From Tubiluchus corallicola (Eukaryota > Animalia > Priapulida): a stretch of DNA of 64,000 nucleotides. Location of the stretch: NCBI GenBank assembly GCA_030141605.1, contig JAQGDQ010002377.1:372001-436000 (forward strand). The letters are read 5' to 3'. The position numbers were made by a program, and so were the translations under genes. The stretch's first letter is position 1; each line of letters opens with the position of its first letter. Below, piece after piece: positions 1 to 13,676 of the stretch. The notes beneath the pieces are model-generated. The model was not told the origin of the DNA. It did no database searches and saw only the letters and a program-made list of their open reading frames with translations.

Positions 1-22
1 CTACCTAGTTCACTATTCACTG

Positions 23-37
23 TAATAGTAGTAGTAT

Positions 38-73
<36 letters not shown>

Positions 74-209
74 TGGTAGTGGTAGTGGTGGTGGTGGTGG
101 TGGTGGTGGTGGTGGTGGTGGTGGTGGTAGTGGTAGTGGTAGTGGTAGCGGTAGCGGTAGCAGTAGCAGTAGCAGTAGCAGTAGCAGTAGCAGTAGCAGT
201 AGCAGTAGC

Positions 210-277
<68 letters not shown>

Positions 278-345
278 CAGTAGCAGCAGTAGTAGCAGTA
301 GCAGCAGCAGTAGTAGTAGTAGTAGTATTAATAGTAGCAGCCTTA
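23..345. repeat. Compound microsatellite (GTA)n/(GTG)n/(GTAGTG)n/(GTAGCA)n
   Basis: Directly visible tandem tri- and hexanucleotide runs. It explains the poly-Val/Leu ORFs 17..382 and 67..528. Confidence 0.97.
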
Positions 346-1079
346 GCAGCAGCAGAGATAAACAAGATTCTGGTTCTGCCATTAAGTATCCCTGTCACCG
401 AGTGCTTGAATCCAGCTTGCAGAATGCTGAACTGTAAAACATGTCCGGAATGCGAAGGGTTGTGTTGCCTGCTTACCACATACGTGCACGTATGCACTAA
501 TGTACATTTTGCTTGCACTTATTTGTAAAATGTACAAATTCTAATGACATGGTATGTGTTAAATGATATTTCATTTAATACTTCTGCAATAGCTCTCCAT
601 TGTGACTTCACAATATTAAAAAACCTCTTCACACTACCCACATCAAACGGTACCACCCACGCCAGTCTGTTGATGCGCTATCCGAACATCAATAGTGCAC
701 GAACGTCCTGTATACAGGTAGTCTTTGCTTACTGCTTGCAAAATGATGGTAATAACCATAACAGATGGACGTTTATAGTTGTCGTAGAACCATTTTTTGT
801 TAAACTTTAAAACGCATTGTTTACCGCAAAATGAGTAAATGACAAACTTTTGTATTACACGAAGTAAAACCAGGCCGGCATCACAGCAAAATGAACGGCT
901 TCATAGAGTTAATCACAAGCGAGTAACTTAAACATCTAAATCCTGCAGTTACTTAACTAAAGGAAATTAAAATCTACATTAAACATATTGTATTAGTCAT
1001 TGTTGTTGCGAATGCCGAGTTTCTCTGATGCACGCTTTCAAAAATGAGGCGCAATTATGCATTTGTTATAAAACATATA

Positions 1080-2606
1080 CATAGAATAGGAGAAGCCACG
1101 CAGGCACATGGCGCTTACGTATTGTAATTTAATTAAACCATGTTCTATTACAATTAAAAATGCATTTATTTAACAGTCCACTATAATTCTGTTGGGCACC
1201 CTGTGTCAATCCTCAGAATCTTTGAAAATCATTTAAATGCGTTTTTGCATTTTTACGTTAGCAGCTTATTTACATTTAGACTTACTTATTACTCAAAAAT
1301 TACTTATTTCTTCAAAATACCCTGAGTTCAGGCATTCTGGAAATATTTAGAAGTTGTCGAAGACACGGTAGACTCAATAGAGCTGGCATCCTATTATACA
1401 CTGACTATGACACAAAATGAATAGAAAGAAATCCAGGAGAAGAACCAACAAGCCATGAAAAGGCATGTAATTCCCCATAAAATCTGCTCCAAACAGAGTC
1501 TTGAACTGAAACAAACCTGTATATGTAAGCTTTGAAACTTGAAAGGTGGTAGATACCATCTTTTAGCATGTACATCAAACGCCATTTTCCTATGCCAATG
1601 GACATATAACTCAATTATTACTGTTATGCTTGTTAATCAGAGTAAAAAATTCCCTTTATTGTATGCTTGTTAAGCTATTTTAGCTTAATATTTGTAATTT
1701 TATGACTAGTGTGTTTTAAATTGCCATACCTGGTGTAATAAAATATATGAATTAAAAAAAAATCATTTATTATTGAGAACTTTACTAAACAGTGAAAAGG
1801 ATGTAACGTAACAAGCGCGGAATGATCAATGAGCATAGTGGACGTTTTAATTAAATTACTTCATACTGCTGTTTCCAATGCTATGGTATTAGTCGTATAG
1901 AAGTGGAAAAGATTTCTAATTACAAACAGACTTTCTCTTCCCCTTTCATATAACCGCCAAATGAAAGGGTAGCCTACAACATGATAGAGCAGCTAATCGC
2001 CCAGAAAATATTTTCTTTGCATTCCTACAAACGAATTTCATTAATTCGCTTTTCTGACATCAAAGCGTTTGAGAAATGTTTAGCGTCACAAAACATTCGT
2101 TTTTTCTCCTCTGCGTAGATTAATGCATTCAAGACATTAATCACTAGCATTCAGGAAAACGAGTACGTTTTTTAAAGTTCAAACGAGTATTAAACTCCCT
2201 AATTTGTGGACTGGCCGGATGTCTGATACACTGAATTGGTCTTTCTGGAGTTCTCCGAACTGGCGATGCTTTAGATGTTGACAGGCGATTTAGATCGAGA
2301 ATTCCGATGCGTTTTGATGAAGTTTTGATGAAACTGATCAATACTGGTGTTTTTACTTTCGCCAGTAAATAAGTCTCAATGTAAATAAGCTGCCGCTAAT
2401 TTAAACACAGTAAAATATAAAATACGACAATAATAAAACAAAACGTAGTGTTATTCAAAGATTTTGATGATCGATATTGGGTGCTTGGCAAAAATTATAG
2501 TACAGACAGTTATATAATTATGTTGTAATAAAACAAGTTTTTAGTTAAATTACAATTTTTAATACGTAAACGCCCCGTGCCTGGGTGACTTCTCGTATTC
2601 TGCATG
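1080..2606. mobile_element. Putative degenerate non-autonomous DNA transposon bounded by ~50-bp imperfect inverted repeats
   Basis: catagaataggagaagccacgcaggcacatggcgcttacgtatt (from 1080) matches the reverse complement of aatacgtaaacgccccgtgcctgggtgacttctcgtattctgcatg (ends 2606). No clear target-site duplication (TSD). Confidence 0.45.
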
Positions 2607-3654
2607 TTTTATTCAAGATTTCATAATTTGTAAATCATGTAAATACGTAAGTATTTTGGAATGAATAATATAATGATAGTGAGGCACGCTGCCACCTCCA
2701 GCACCGTTGGTCTTTTATTTCGGTTTTCTGTATGATTTAATACGTACTTACTCTTCCTATGCAAAGTAAATTACTCTCCAGCGAAATTATACCTTGTACT
2801 TTGTAAGCCAACAACTGAGAGGAGCTTGTGAGCCCTCCAGCCGGTATTCCGGGGAGCCCACCGGAACTCAGAAGTTTGCTTCGTCATAAAGAAATGGCAT
2901 ACACCCACCTCTCTGCCACGGAAATATTTGTAAGTGAATTTTCGAAACAATGCGTGCTTTGATCAAGTAGTGTTTACTATCAACATTGATTCGTGACACG
3001 AGGTTTGACTGGCAGCTCTGGAATGCTCGGAACGCAACAACCTGGCTTCAAACTGGCTTCCCTTGTTTGCATGATGATATACTAAGTAAATAATCACATT
3101 GCACCGGGTCAAGCTGCAGCTTTAACTACATCTGAACTCATCTTTTTTGCACAAAAATGGAGCTCATACTCACTGGTAATGTTCAGAATTACTTCATTAC
3201 AAGGCATTAGGCATCAATAATATGGTTCTAATTTTATTATTTCATTAATGCTCATTGAAAGTACAATAATATTAATGGTGACTTATACCAGTAGATTTGT
3301 TTATTGGCGCTGCTATGAGTATTATAAGCTACTATTTATAATTATGTAAAACTATTACATTTAATTCGATTCTGTTCTATTTTTTTCATTTGGACTAGTT
3401 CAGTCCCATTGTTACTTATTTGATTTTATTAGATAACTTTTTATACTTAAGTTGTAATGGTGTGCGGTTGGTGAATACTAAGAATATTAAAGTGTGTCAC
3501 AGTCAACTTATAGCAATTCAGATTAAGTTGACAGCGACATACTTTCTAACTGATGAAGATCGAGAAACTGAAAGCTTCTGGTCTGAAATAAACTTTAAAC
3601 TACAAAGCAATTTTGTGAACTTTATGGAAGAATTTTCATTAATTGTTTTAATTT

Positions 3655-3805
3655 CTAATCTAATATAATATAATCTAATCTAATCTGATCTGATCTGATC
3701 TGATCCGATCCGATCCGATCCGATCCGATCCGATCCGATCCGATCCGATCCGATCCGATCCGATCCAATCCAATCCAATCCAATCTAATCCAATCCAGTC
3801 CATTC
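3655..3805. repeat. Compound pentanucleotide microsatellite AATCT>GATCT>GATCC>AATCC
   Basis: Directly visible 5-bp tandem units. Confidence 0.97.
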
Positions 3806-5399
3806 TACATGATTCTACTACCTCTACAAATCAAATAACGTGCTCTAATAACGCGAATGAGTTAGCAATACTCTGAACTCAAAATCGCTTTGCCTTCAAA
3901 TTTATTGTACTTGTGTGTATTGATTAATAGTAACTAGAGCTATAACAGCCGTAAACTTAATGCTGTTTGCGTGTTGAACGCGTTAAGTACTAGTGCCACA
4001 TTATAATTGTAGGAGAGGACTGAAACGCCTACACTAATCAGTAATGGCTGCTTGAAATCTTCATATCTGCACAGGCAAGCATGTTTATGGTAAAGTAAAA
4101 AGTAACGTGCAAATTGAAAGGAAAACGGGACGATTGGTTAAACCCAACTTCCTTTTTACGGTCCAAAATATACATTTTCTTGTCTATAACAGTTTCTTAT
4201 ATTTTCTGTTTCTTAAATTTCAATAATTCGCTTGGAATGTTAATTAATGGCAACCGAACACAGCTATCGGTTATGTCACAAACTAATCACAATTTGTGCG
4301 ATGGTACACATCTTCCCTAAGCACGTTTGCGTAAGCGAAGATTGCTATAAGACGCCGACGTGATGTCACGAAAATTGGCTCTACTGATAAAAAGGGAAAA
4401 CACTGCTGTTCATGATCATGCTTATTAAGGTGCCGCGCCTATCTGTCGGCCACGCGAAAGGTGACAAGAAGGCGCCATTACCAGTCTTAGTCGATTCACT
4501 GAGCCAGGCATAGCTTTGAACGTTTAACACAATGTAACTGTCCGAGGTAATTATTATTTAATATGAGCTTTGGTTTAAAAAGCTATTGCAGTTTTCAGTA
4601 TTTTAGAGCATACGTTATTTTTAGTCAAATGTCTACACAATGACCCGGTTTTCCTTTAATTATTGCGACGAGCATTATTCAAAGCTATTTATATTTCCAG
4701 AACTATTTTGCTTATGTGACACTAAACCCGCGTGTTACAGTCCATACACGACAGTTTAAGCTTAGCGCGAATGCAAAAATCTCTAGCATGACGTATTGTT
4801 TCTTAATACAACAATTAGAAAATATCATAATACTCTCTAATATAAATGACAGTGTTGCACAGTTTGCAATGGAATTAATCGATAGAGATAAAGAAAGACA
4901 TTGATGTCTACTTGAAACGCTTGGTATACACTATAATCGTAGTAGATGAGTTGATACGGTCTACGTCAAGGATTCTTGATATTTTGAGGCACGGAGGACA
5001 GAAACACGACATTTTGCTTGTAAACAAGGAATGTTATTTTATGTTACTGAATGATGATTGTCTCGCACACAACGTATAAGTATCCTTACAAAGTGATGAT
5101 TGCCTCAAACACAAAGAAAAAGATTATTCTCACAAACATTATGTATATGATCTATTCTCACTTTTTTCATGCAACTGTACCCAACTTCTTCAAATTAAAC
5201 ATTTTGCATGACTTTCAAGGGCACGTTGGTGCCTGTGCTTGTACTCCAAAGTGGTCCGTAAACAATAAGCCAAGAGTTCCTATCGGATAGAAACTACGTG
5301 TTAGCGTCACGTCATGTCTGATGGCAGGGTTGCTAATGTACAGGCTGGAAATTCTCCTGTTTCTGTAAGTTTTGAAGTTAGAAATTTGGGAATTAGCCA

Positions 5400-6008
5400 T
5401 GATTTGGCCCTATGAAAGCTCACATTAATAACATTTGTAAATCGTTTAGTTTACTTCTTCGCAGAATTGGCGTAGTTCGTAAATTTATAACATTATCTGC
5501 AATTGAGCAACTTGGCTTGACTATTGTATTTTTTATAAATTAATATTCCTGCTTAAGAAACTAATCGTTTACAACGTCTTCAGAATACTGCTGCAAGAAT
5601 TGTTACTAAAACTTGACGTTTTGATTATATAACTCGAATCTTAATGGACTAGCTTCCTGTCAAATAACGTATTATTTTTAAACTATTGCTTATTATCTTT
5701 ATACGTGCTTTTACCAGTGCAGCTCCACGTGAATGGAATAAATTCTCTTTTAACTTGCGATCACACACTGATTTTTACTGTATTAAAATTAGTCTCAAAT
5801 CTTACCTTTTTACCGTTTTTATCGTTTAATTAATCTGCCTGGTGAATTTTTTAGTATATATATGCTTGCATTATTGTGTGTTTATAAATTTATAGTAGTC
5901 ACTAATTCTAAACCTAAATTTTATGTATTATTGTGTACTATAGACACTGAACTATTCTGTCGATTTTTGCGCTCTACAAATGATTTATCATTATTACTAA
6001 ATTATTAT
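5400..6008 (+). mobile_element. L2/CR1-group LINE 3' fragment (degenerate)
   Basis: Broken translation RLQRLQNTAARIVTK...LPVK.RIIFKLLL...RAFTSAAPREWN...LKSYLF is typical of the L2-type ORF2 C-terminus. It ends in gcgctctacaaat...ttattatta. Confidence 0.75.
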
Positions 6009-7809
6009 TGCCACTACGTCGTGAATGTGTCAGCTTGTCTACGAGTGAGATTCTAGTTTTAGAGTCCGCCTAGTGCTTCGTAAATTGTACTCTAACAAAA
6101 AACAATTAGTAATATTTAACGTTCAAAGCGAAACCAAATATATGAAGCCATAGCAGATCCTGTAACGTTAAAGAATAAAGCAGGAAAGCTCATATGTTAA
6201 AGATAAATTACTCATACCTTTACTTAAAAGAACGTTGGGCAATGTTCACAGCAGGAAGTAAACTTCAATCAATGATATACGCAACGTAGAAAAAATTGTC
6301 GTGTCAAAAGAGTTAACGTTTTCGTCCAGCAGCTGGCTTCACTTGCAGCTAGTGCGCGGTTGTTGTATTCAAATACCACAGCATCTTCCAACGTTACCAC
6401 TCATGTTATAAAGCATGAAGCCAAGGCATGCGCTGTTGGTTTTTAAACGTATTGTGACATGGTAAATTTATGCGTAAAGAATGCGCAACCAAAGGGGCAG
6501 TTTAAAAACTAAACAGGGGCTGCTTGAGTAGGGATTCCGGTCGATAATTGTGGACTTTTAGCAGAGAAAACCCCCGAGGTGCGTTTACAGTTGCTGACTA
6601 CGCATTGAAGAGAACTAGCATTTTTGTTTGAGATTTCTGCATCCATAATAACCAGTAATTTGTACGCATGAAGTGGTACGTCTACACAAAGAATGGCACA
6701 CATTAACATAATTTTAAACACGGGAATTACAATAATAAAAATTATATTATAATTATAAAATGATCTATAAAAATGATATTATAATTACATACTCAATACG
6801 ACACGTCAGTGAGTAAACAAATGCCTTTAACATTTTATTGCACTTGTGATAGATTGTGTAATAAAAATAAATGTTTTTATAGGTTATCTTACAGATGTAT
6901 AAAATACGGTAGACCAAGGTCGACACAATATCCTTTGTAAATTCCTTTCATACAAAGTGTGTGTGAACATCTGAATCTGCCTACCTTATCTCAGCCGGTT
7001 CATTGTTTTTTGTGGAATCAACCTTGATTATCATCCGTGTTCTAGTCACGCATTAGTAATAAGCTTGGTGTTGAAAACTGGGTTAAGGCGTGCACAGTGT
7101 GTCGCATCGCACTATATAAAAAAGAGATCTGACCTACATGTCCTGACAATTTGCAAAGATTCCAGTGATTTTATATTGTTAAGTAGCCCTCTATCAATAA
7201 CAACGAGTGGGTTTTGATGCTTATTATCCATCTTGTCTGCAGATAAGCGCCTACGGTGAAATACCCAACGTAAGTTTGCTTTGGATTCTGAAGAGCGTTG
7301 GCAGTAAATGCTTCCATGCACATTTCATCTGCGTAGATAAGCTGATTGACGCACATAACAACAAAATATCCTATTTTAAATTCAGTAATTGTTAATTATT
7401 AGATGAGTTAAAATACAGGCGACATTTTACTGCCTTGTCTTGAACCATTTGTAACTCTAAAATTATTTCAAACGACATTTTCCCCTCTGACGGACACATT
7501 TTTTGCAACATATCGCGCACAAAAATTTTGATTTTAATTACTATAAATTTAGTTTTAACATCATTTTAATTTGATTAGTCTAGTTTGCCTTTTAGTGTGT
7601 TTTGTCTTCAATGCTTCAAGGCTGTTACAATGAGTACTAAGTAATCATATTAAAAACTGCATTGATTTTAGTGTGAGCGATCTAACATTGGAAATTCAGA
7701 ATTTGGTTGGCCAGTTATAAGCGATAGAGCTATAAGAGTTTAGACGACTGCCTGGACCACTGGGGAGTACAATGGCCTACTGGTCTAAGGCATCTGCCCT
7801 AGAAGTGCT

Positions 7810-9572
7810 CTCATGCTCTCATTATTAACAGGACTTAAGGGTAACAAAGCCCCTGGTGCAGATGGTGTCAGTAATTTTTTTTGTTCAAATTGCCAGTTCC
7901 GTCATTTCCAAGCCATTAACTTTAATATATAGTCAATCATTTAATACTGGTATTTTTCCTGAACAGCTTAAACTCACTAAAGTAATTCCTGTTTATAAAT
8001 CAAATAATAAAGCTAAGTTATCTAATTATCGACCAATTTTGCTATTAAGTGTTTTTTCTAAAATACTTGAAAAAATCGCATTTAATCAACTGTCCTATTT
8101 TCTTCTACAAAACAAAATTTTATATGACCATCAATTCGGTTTTCGTAGAATCGCATTCAACAGCATTAGCATTAATTAAAATAACTAATAAAATTGCAGA
8201 GGCGGTTGATAATGATCGGTATGTCTGTGGTCTGTTTATAGATTTATCAAAGACATTTGATACGGTAAATCATTGTATTGTTCTAGACAAATTGCATTAT
8301 CATGGTATAAGACATTCAGCTCAATCATGGTTCAAAAGTTATCTTTGTGATCGTCTCCAGTATGTGGAATTAAATGAATGTAAATCCAATACACTTCCAA
8401 TTAAGCACGGTGTTCCCCAAGGTTCTACTCTAGGGCCACTTTTATTTCTTCTATATATAAGTGATATGCCACTAAGTTGCTCAAATTTAATCTTCAGACT
8501 TTTTGCAGATGATACAAACATTTTAAGCCATTCAAATATAGATAACTTGGAGATTTTATGAATACCCAGTTAAATAAAGTATCAGAATGGCTGAATGTAA
8601 ATAAACTCTCACTGAATAATATAAATCAAATTTCATGATTCTAAAAAAAAGGAGAACACCATCAAGAAATATCACCACAGTTCTTAGTAATGTTACTGTT
8701 GAAAAAAGTCACATGTTAAATATTTGGTAATATTTCTTGATGAGCACCTAGACTGGAAGTACCAAATAAGTATAATAAAGGAAAAATTGAGTAAAACCTT
8801 GGGAATCATCTATAAATTAGCAAGTTTATTAATAGAGAAACATTGATGAAAATCTATTACAGTCTAGTTTACCCATATCTAATATATGGCGTCACGTCTT
8901 GGGTGGTGTGTATAAACGTAATCTGGAAGCTTTACAAATTACTCAGAACAAATTTCTCAAACTAATATATCATGTAAGGTATGACCATCCCTCAAATATA
9001 ATTTACTTGTCTGTTAAAACTCTTAAAGTGAAAGAAATATATGACATGTATTGTCTTCATTTCATGTATCAACATCATAATTCACTACTTCCACCAGCTT
9101 TCAGTCATACTTTAGTCCAGTTTCAAAGCAACATGGTCATTACACAAGATAGTCTGTCGGAAACTATGTACTCCCTCTTCCAAAAACAAATATAATGAAA
9201 TAGTAATCAAAATATGACGCTATTTAAATATGGTCATCAATTCTGCGTGAAATGAAAACTTAGTCTTTATCAATTTAAAAAAGCATCAAATAATTACTTA
9301 CTACAACGGTTATAATTAATTCACAATTTTACTCATCCTGATCTTAAGTTACTAATAAAACTTTTTTGTTCTAATGTACTACTATGAAAATACTATGTAA
9401 TGTTAATTGCCAATTGTTTCACTTATCTGGAGGAGAACTCGAAAGCTTAATGCTCCTTCCTCTTCCTCACAGTAACTCGTTTAGTTTATAATTCTTTTCA
9501 GTGTAATAACAATTTGTATGTATGTTTATGTGTTGCTGTGGAATAAATTCATATTATTCATATTATGATTCA
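7810..9572 (+). mobile_element. 5'-truncated CR1-group LINE with frameshifted reverse transcriptase
   Basis: RT motifs NKAPGADG, NYRPILLLSVFSKILEK, QFGFR, FIDLSKTFDTVNH, GVPQGSTLGPLLFLLYI and LFADDTN across ORFs 7856..8179, 8049..8561 and 8899..9195. Tail aataaattcatattattcatatt. Confidence 0.92.
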
Positions 9573-10447
9573 TGTAAGGAAAAGCCATCTGATTCAAATT
9601 CAGACTATATGCCAACCATTCATATTTCCTGTCTTTCAAGATCAAAGTTAATTAATTTTGGGTTTGTACTATTAATATTACGATTATAATGATTAATTAA
9701 AACTGCATCTTTGTGTACAGAAAAATTGAAATAATTGAAAATGAAAGTCAAGTTTGAGGCATCATTGTTCCCATCTTTCTTTTCTTACATTCCCTCTATA
9801 TAAATTCTATATAAATATTCTACTGAATCCGTTCATTACTAAACAAATATTAAGCTTTAATCGTTTTTTTCTTAACATGATGGTGACAAATATGTTCCTG
9901 GAATTCTGCCTTGTGGGATTGCATGTTTCTCGCTGACAGTTTTATGTTTTCGATTTTTCCACAAGCGACTAATATAAAAAAATCAAATACAAAGAAGAGC
10001 AGTTGATTTCGCACAGTCTATTAAATTGCTGAACGTAATCGATACATCAATTGTGTCAAACATTAATTTTGATATAATTTCATATAATTATTAAGTTTCT
10101 TATAACTAAAACACCAAGTGCTTTGCCTGCTTTCTCCAGGCGGATTGTTTTTTAAATTAGTGTGCTATATATGATTGGCTATGCCAGGAGGTTACCAGTG
10201 TTTTTGTGATTTTAATAAACTTTTTTCTTATAAGCTATAAGAAAAGTAACTACGATTTTGCAAACTTCAGCCAATTAAACAACTATCCTCAAATACACGT
10301 ATTAATAATCCTAAATGGTGAAACGATGTGCAAAATGATCTTTTTTAAGACTTTAAAAAGCAATCTATTTGTATTGGCACTGCGCGAAATTTTGCAGAAA
10401 AGCAGCCTTCAACATAAATATAAGTATCGAAAAAGACTGGAAGCGAG

Positions 10448-11155
10448 CTAAATGAGTCTGGAGGGCTACTAAATGTGTCTAAGAAAAGTCTCACATACTA
10501 ATATGTCTAGCACGGGTCTCCTATATTAAATGAGTCCATGAGGGATTACCCATACTAAATGAATCCAGGACGGGTCTCCGATACTAAAGGAGTCCAGGAT
10601 GGATCTTCCAAACTAAATCAGCCCCGGTTTCTCATACTAAATGAATCCACGATGAGTCACTCATACTAAATAAGTCCAGGATGAACCTCTCATACTAAAT
10701 GAGTACAAAATGAGTCTCTTATGCCAAATGAGTCCAGGATTTCTCTTTCATATTAAATGAGTACACGATAAGTCACTCATACTAAATGGGTACAAGATGA
10801 GGCTCTCATATTAAATGTGTCCTGGATAACTCTTTCACACTAAATAAATCCAGGATGAGTCTCTCATACTAAGTGAGTCCAAGATGAGTTTTTGATACTA
10901 AATGAGTCGAGGATGAGTCTTTTATAATAAATTAGTCAAGGATGAGTCAGTCGAACTAAACGAGTCAAAGATGAGCGTTGCATACTAAATGAGTCCACGA
11001 TAAGTCACTCATACTACATGAGTTCACGTGAGTCTCTCATACTAAATGAGTACAGGATGAGTCCTTCATACCAAATGAATCTAGGATGTTTTTTATGCTA
11101 ATTGCGTCTAGGATGAGTCTCTCATACTAAATGAGTCCAGGATGGGTCAGTGATG
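10448..11155. repeat. Minisatellite, 29-bp unit (consensus ~CATACTAAATGAGTCCAGGATGAGTCTCT), ~24 diverged copies
   Basis: catactaaat recurs at 10691 and 10981 (10 x 29 bp). There are no unique spacers. Confidence 0.93.
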
Positions 11156-11944
11156 ATAAATGGGATTGAAAATGCGCCTTTTTGGCGATGTAGTGAGATG
11201 AGATTGTTATTTAATATGCAGTTATGGTCTTCTTGGTGTTTTGTTTTACAAATCCTTTTTACACGGGACATGTAAAAAGTGGGACATTGAACAGGAATTA
11301 GTGCTAATGTGAAAGGCTTATTATCTCTTAAAAAGTCCTCGGTTTTTTTTTACTTTTTCAATTTCATTTTTCGTTTATTATTAAGTATAGTTAAAATATC
11401 CGTATCTAGTTTATAAAGAATTATCAGGAAATTACTTGATTTATTTTTTCTTTGGTATCAAGGAACTTAGAAAGTTGTATTCTACAAATACATGTTTTTG
11501 GGAATTCGGCCAGGTGCGGCAGCAAACCATTTCCAGGCTTCAGCTCTAGACATCCGGGTACATCACACCACTGAAGTTTTTTGTACACTTTTCACAATCA
11601 CGTAACAGATCGCACAAGTTTGTAGAAGGAATAAATCACCAGAAGAAGGTGATTTTCCTTGCTTCACAAAGAGTCTGACACGTCTTAATTTACAGCCGGT
11701 TGAGTTTCTGTTGCTGAAGCCAAAGCTAAGCTTCCATTCATCATTTTATATTCTATGAACTACCCGCAGTTAACCAGGATAAAAGAAGCCAAGTAAAATA
11801 ATGTAAGGAAAGCCGTGCAGTGATTGCAATAATTAAAGATGTGTAATACAATGCCGAATGCGTGACCGTGAACAAGCAGCACGTTCATGCACATAGAAGG
11901 GCTCGAAATAAATTGAATAGAAATCAGTAAAGTGCAGTCGTGTT

Positions 11945-12310
11945 AGGGTGTGCGATGATGCAAGCATGATGTGGCGTGAGGACTGCAGCCAGATTAGGGT
12001 GGTGCAACAGTGCTGGGATGGTGCAATCGTATTGGGGTGGTGCGACAAAGCAATTGTGTTAAGTGGCGCAATGGTGCAATAGCCCTGAGAAGGTGCAACC
12101 ATGGAATAGCATTGGAGTACGACAGGGAAATTATGGTGCGATGCACTGCAACCGTATTGGGAAAGTGTGACCATGTAATCTCGAAAGCACAACTGCGTTG
12201 GGGTGGTAGTGTAATCACTGCATTGAGTATTGGTGTCGCACCACCGAAATACACTTGCAACACACTTGCACTATTGCGCTACCTCAATACCGTTGCGACT
12301 ATTGCAAATG
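11945..12310. repeat. Degenerate repeat rich in GGTGCAA(T/C)/GGTGCGA motifs, partly inverted at its 3' end
   Basis: Recurrent ggtgcaac/ggtgcaat/ggtgcgat motifs, followed by ttgcac/ttgcga motifs near 12255-12310. Confidence 0.45.
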
Positions 12311-13244
12311 CTGCACTGTTATGTACGTCGTAAACACAACACTCTTCAAAACACCTATGTTCGTTGAGTGGCAATTAAGGAGATAAAGGCAGATGTCACT
12401 GCTTATTTCTCTCGCGCAGTGACATTCATGTTCACATTAGATAGAGCGGTCCCAGCAAAAAGGAGGGGGCTCCTTCCTGTTAAATTTGGTTATGTAATTA
12501 GTCTTTTTAAAAATGCTATAGATAATGCAAAATTTACTAAAGTTGACTACGACTTTGACTTTTCAGCCTCATCAGGAACTAGCAGTTTAGGGCGAAATTT
12601 GAATACATTTTCGCAGAAATCTTTGTTTTGTTTTTAACATGTGTTCACGATGAACAGACAAACAGGCAGGTAATGATTGTTGCTGCAAATCTAATCTACT
12701 CCCCAATGCCATTAGTGAAGTGAAACGAACGTTCTTCAGTATAATCTTCTCCAAGTCTGATTTGAAAAAGTTATCATCAGTACAATGTTATAATGCTTTG
12801 AGTTTAACAAAAATAGTGTTACGGCATCTAACTTAACAAATGCTTATCGATTTGCCCTTTTCTCTGCATTATGTAATTTACACAGTTTGACAATGATATG
12901 GTTACACATAAAAAGAACTTTTACAAGGCAAACACGCCTGAGCTGTTTATAATTGATACAGGTTTGCTTTGTTTGTTCCAGAACAGGTGTTGTTCCTAAT
13001 GGATATTCTCATGGAAGTTGACAGTGATGGTTAAATACAGAGAAACTAAACTGCAGTTTAAATTGGCGGAAAGGCCGAGCCTTCTGTGAAGTTAGGATTA
13101 TCTCAATGCTTGCGAAAAATGTTAGAAGGATTTAGTCTATTCTTCCACTAATGGTCATTCATCGGTTGAAGAAAAGCAGCCCACTGTGAATTCTTGTCAC
13201 ATCATTGGTACTTATGGGAAGCCACAATGCGCTTACGGAAAGTC

Positions 13245-13583
13245 ACGAAGTCCACCAGTTGTCAACATTTGGGGATAGGACTTTCAGTGTTTGTGGAGCA
13301 CATTTATGGAACTGGTTGCCTATGAATCTGAAATTGGCTACAAATGTTAAATAATTTAAGAAACTCACTTAAAACTCACCTGTTTCAGCAAGCATTTACG
13401 TAATTTTAACACTTTATCATTTTATGCTAGAACTTTTCACTAGTGTGATAACATAATTTTTACCGATGATTTTTCTTGTGATAACTTAAAGTAATTTTCA
13501 GATTTTAAGTGATTTTCTTTTATTTCTGTACAGCACCACTGATAGTACAGTATGCCTATAAATAATAAACTGTAAACTGTAAC

Positions 13584-13584
<1 letters not shown>
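13245..13584 (+). mobile_element. L2-type LINE 3' end
   Basis: Translates TFGDRTFSVCGAHLWNWLPMNLK...LKTHLFQQAF, followed by a short 3' UTR and tail. Confidence 0.75.

Positions 13585-13585
<1 letters not shown>

Positions 13586-13676
<91 letters not shown>
13586..13676. repeat. Palindromic microsatellite (TAA)~17(TTA)~13
   Basis: Directly visible. The centre of symmetry is at 13636/13637. Confidence 0.95.

Noticed and set aside
17-528. Poly-Leu/Pro and poly-Val/Ala ORFs
   Set aside because: Translation artefacts of the microsatellite.
4320-4550. CpG-rich segment with a donor-like GAG|GTAATT as a first exon
   Set aside because: No linked coding exons could be found, so it cannot be supported from sequence alone.
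6369-6404. Minus-strand MSGNVG resembling a SEC14L start
   Set aside because: Stops after 11 codons and no further exons are evident.
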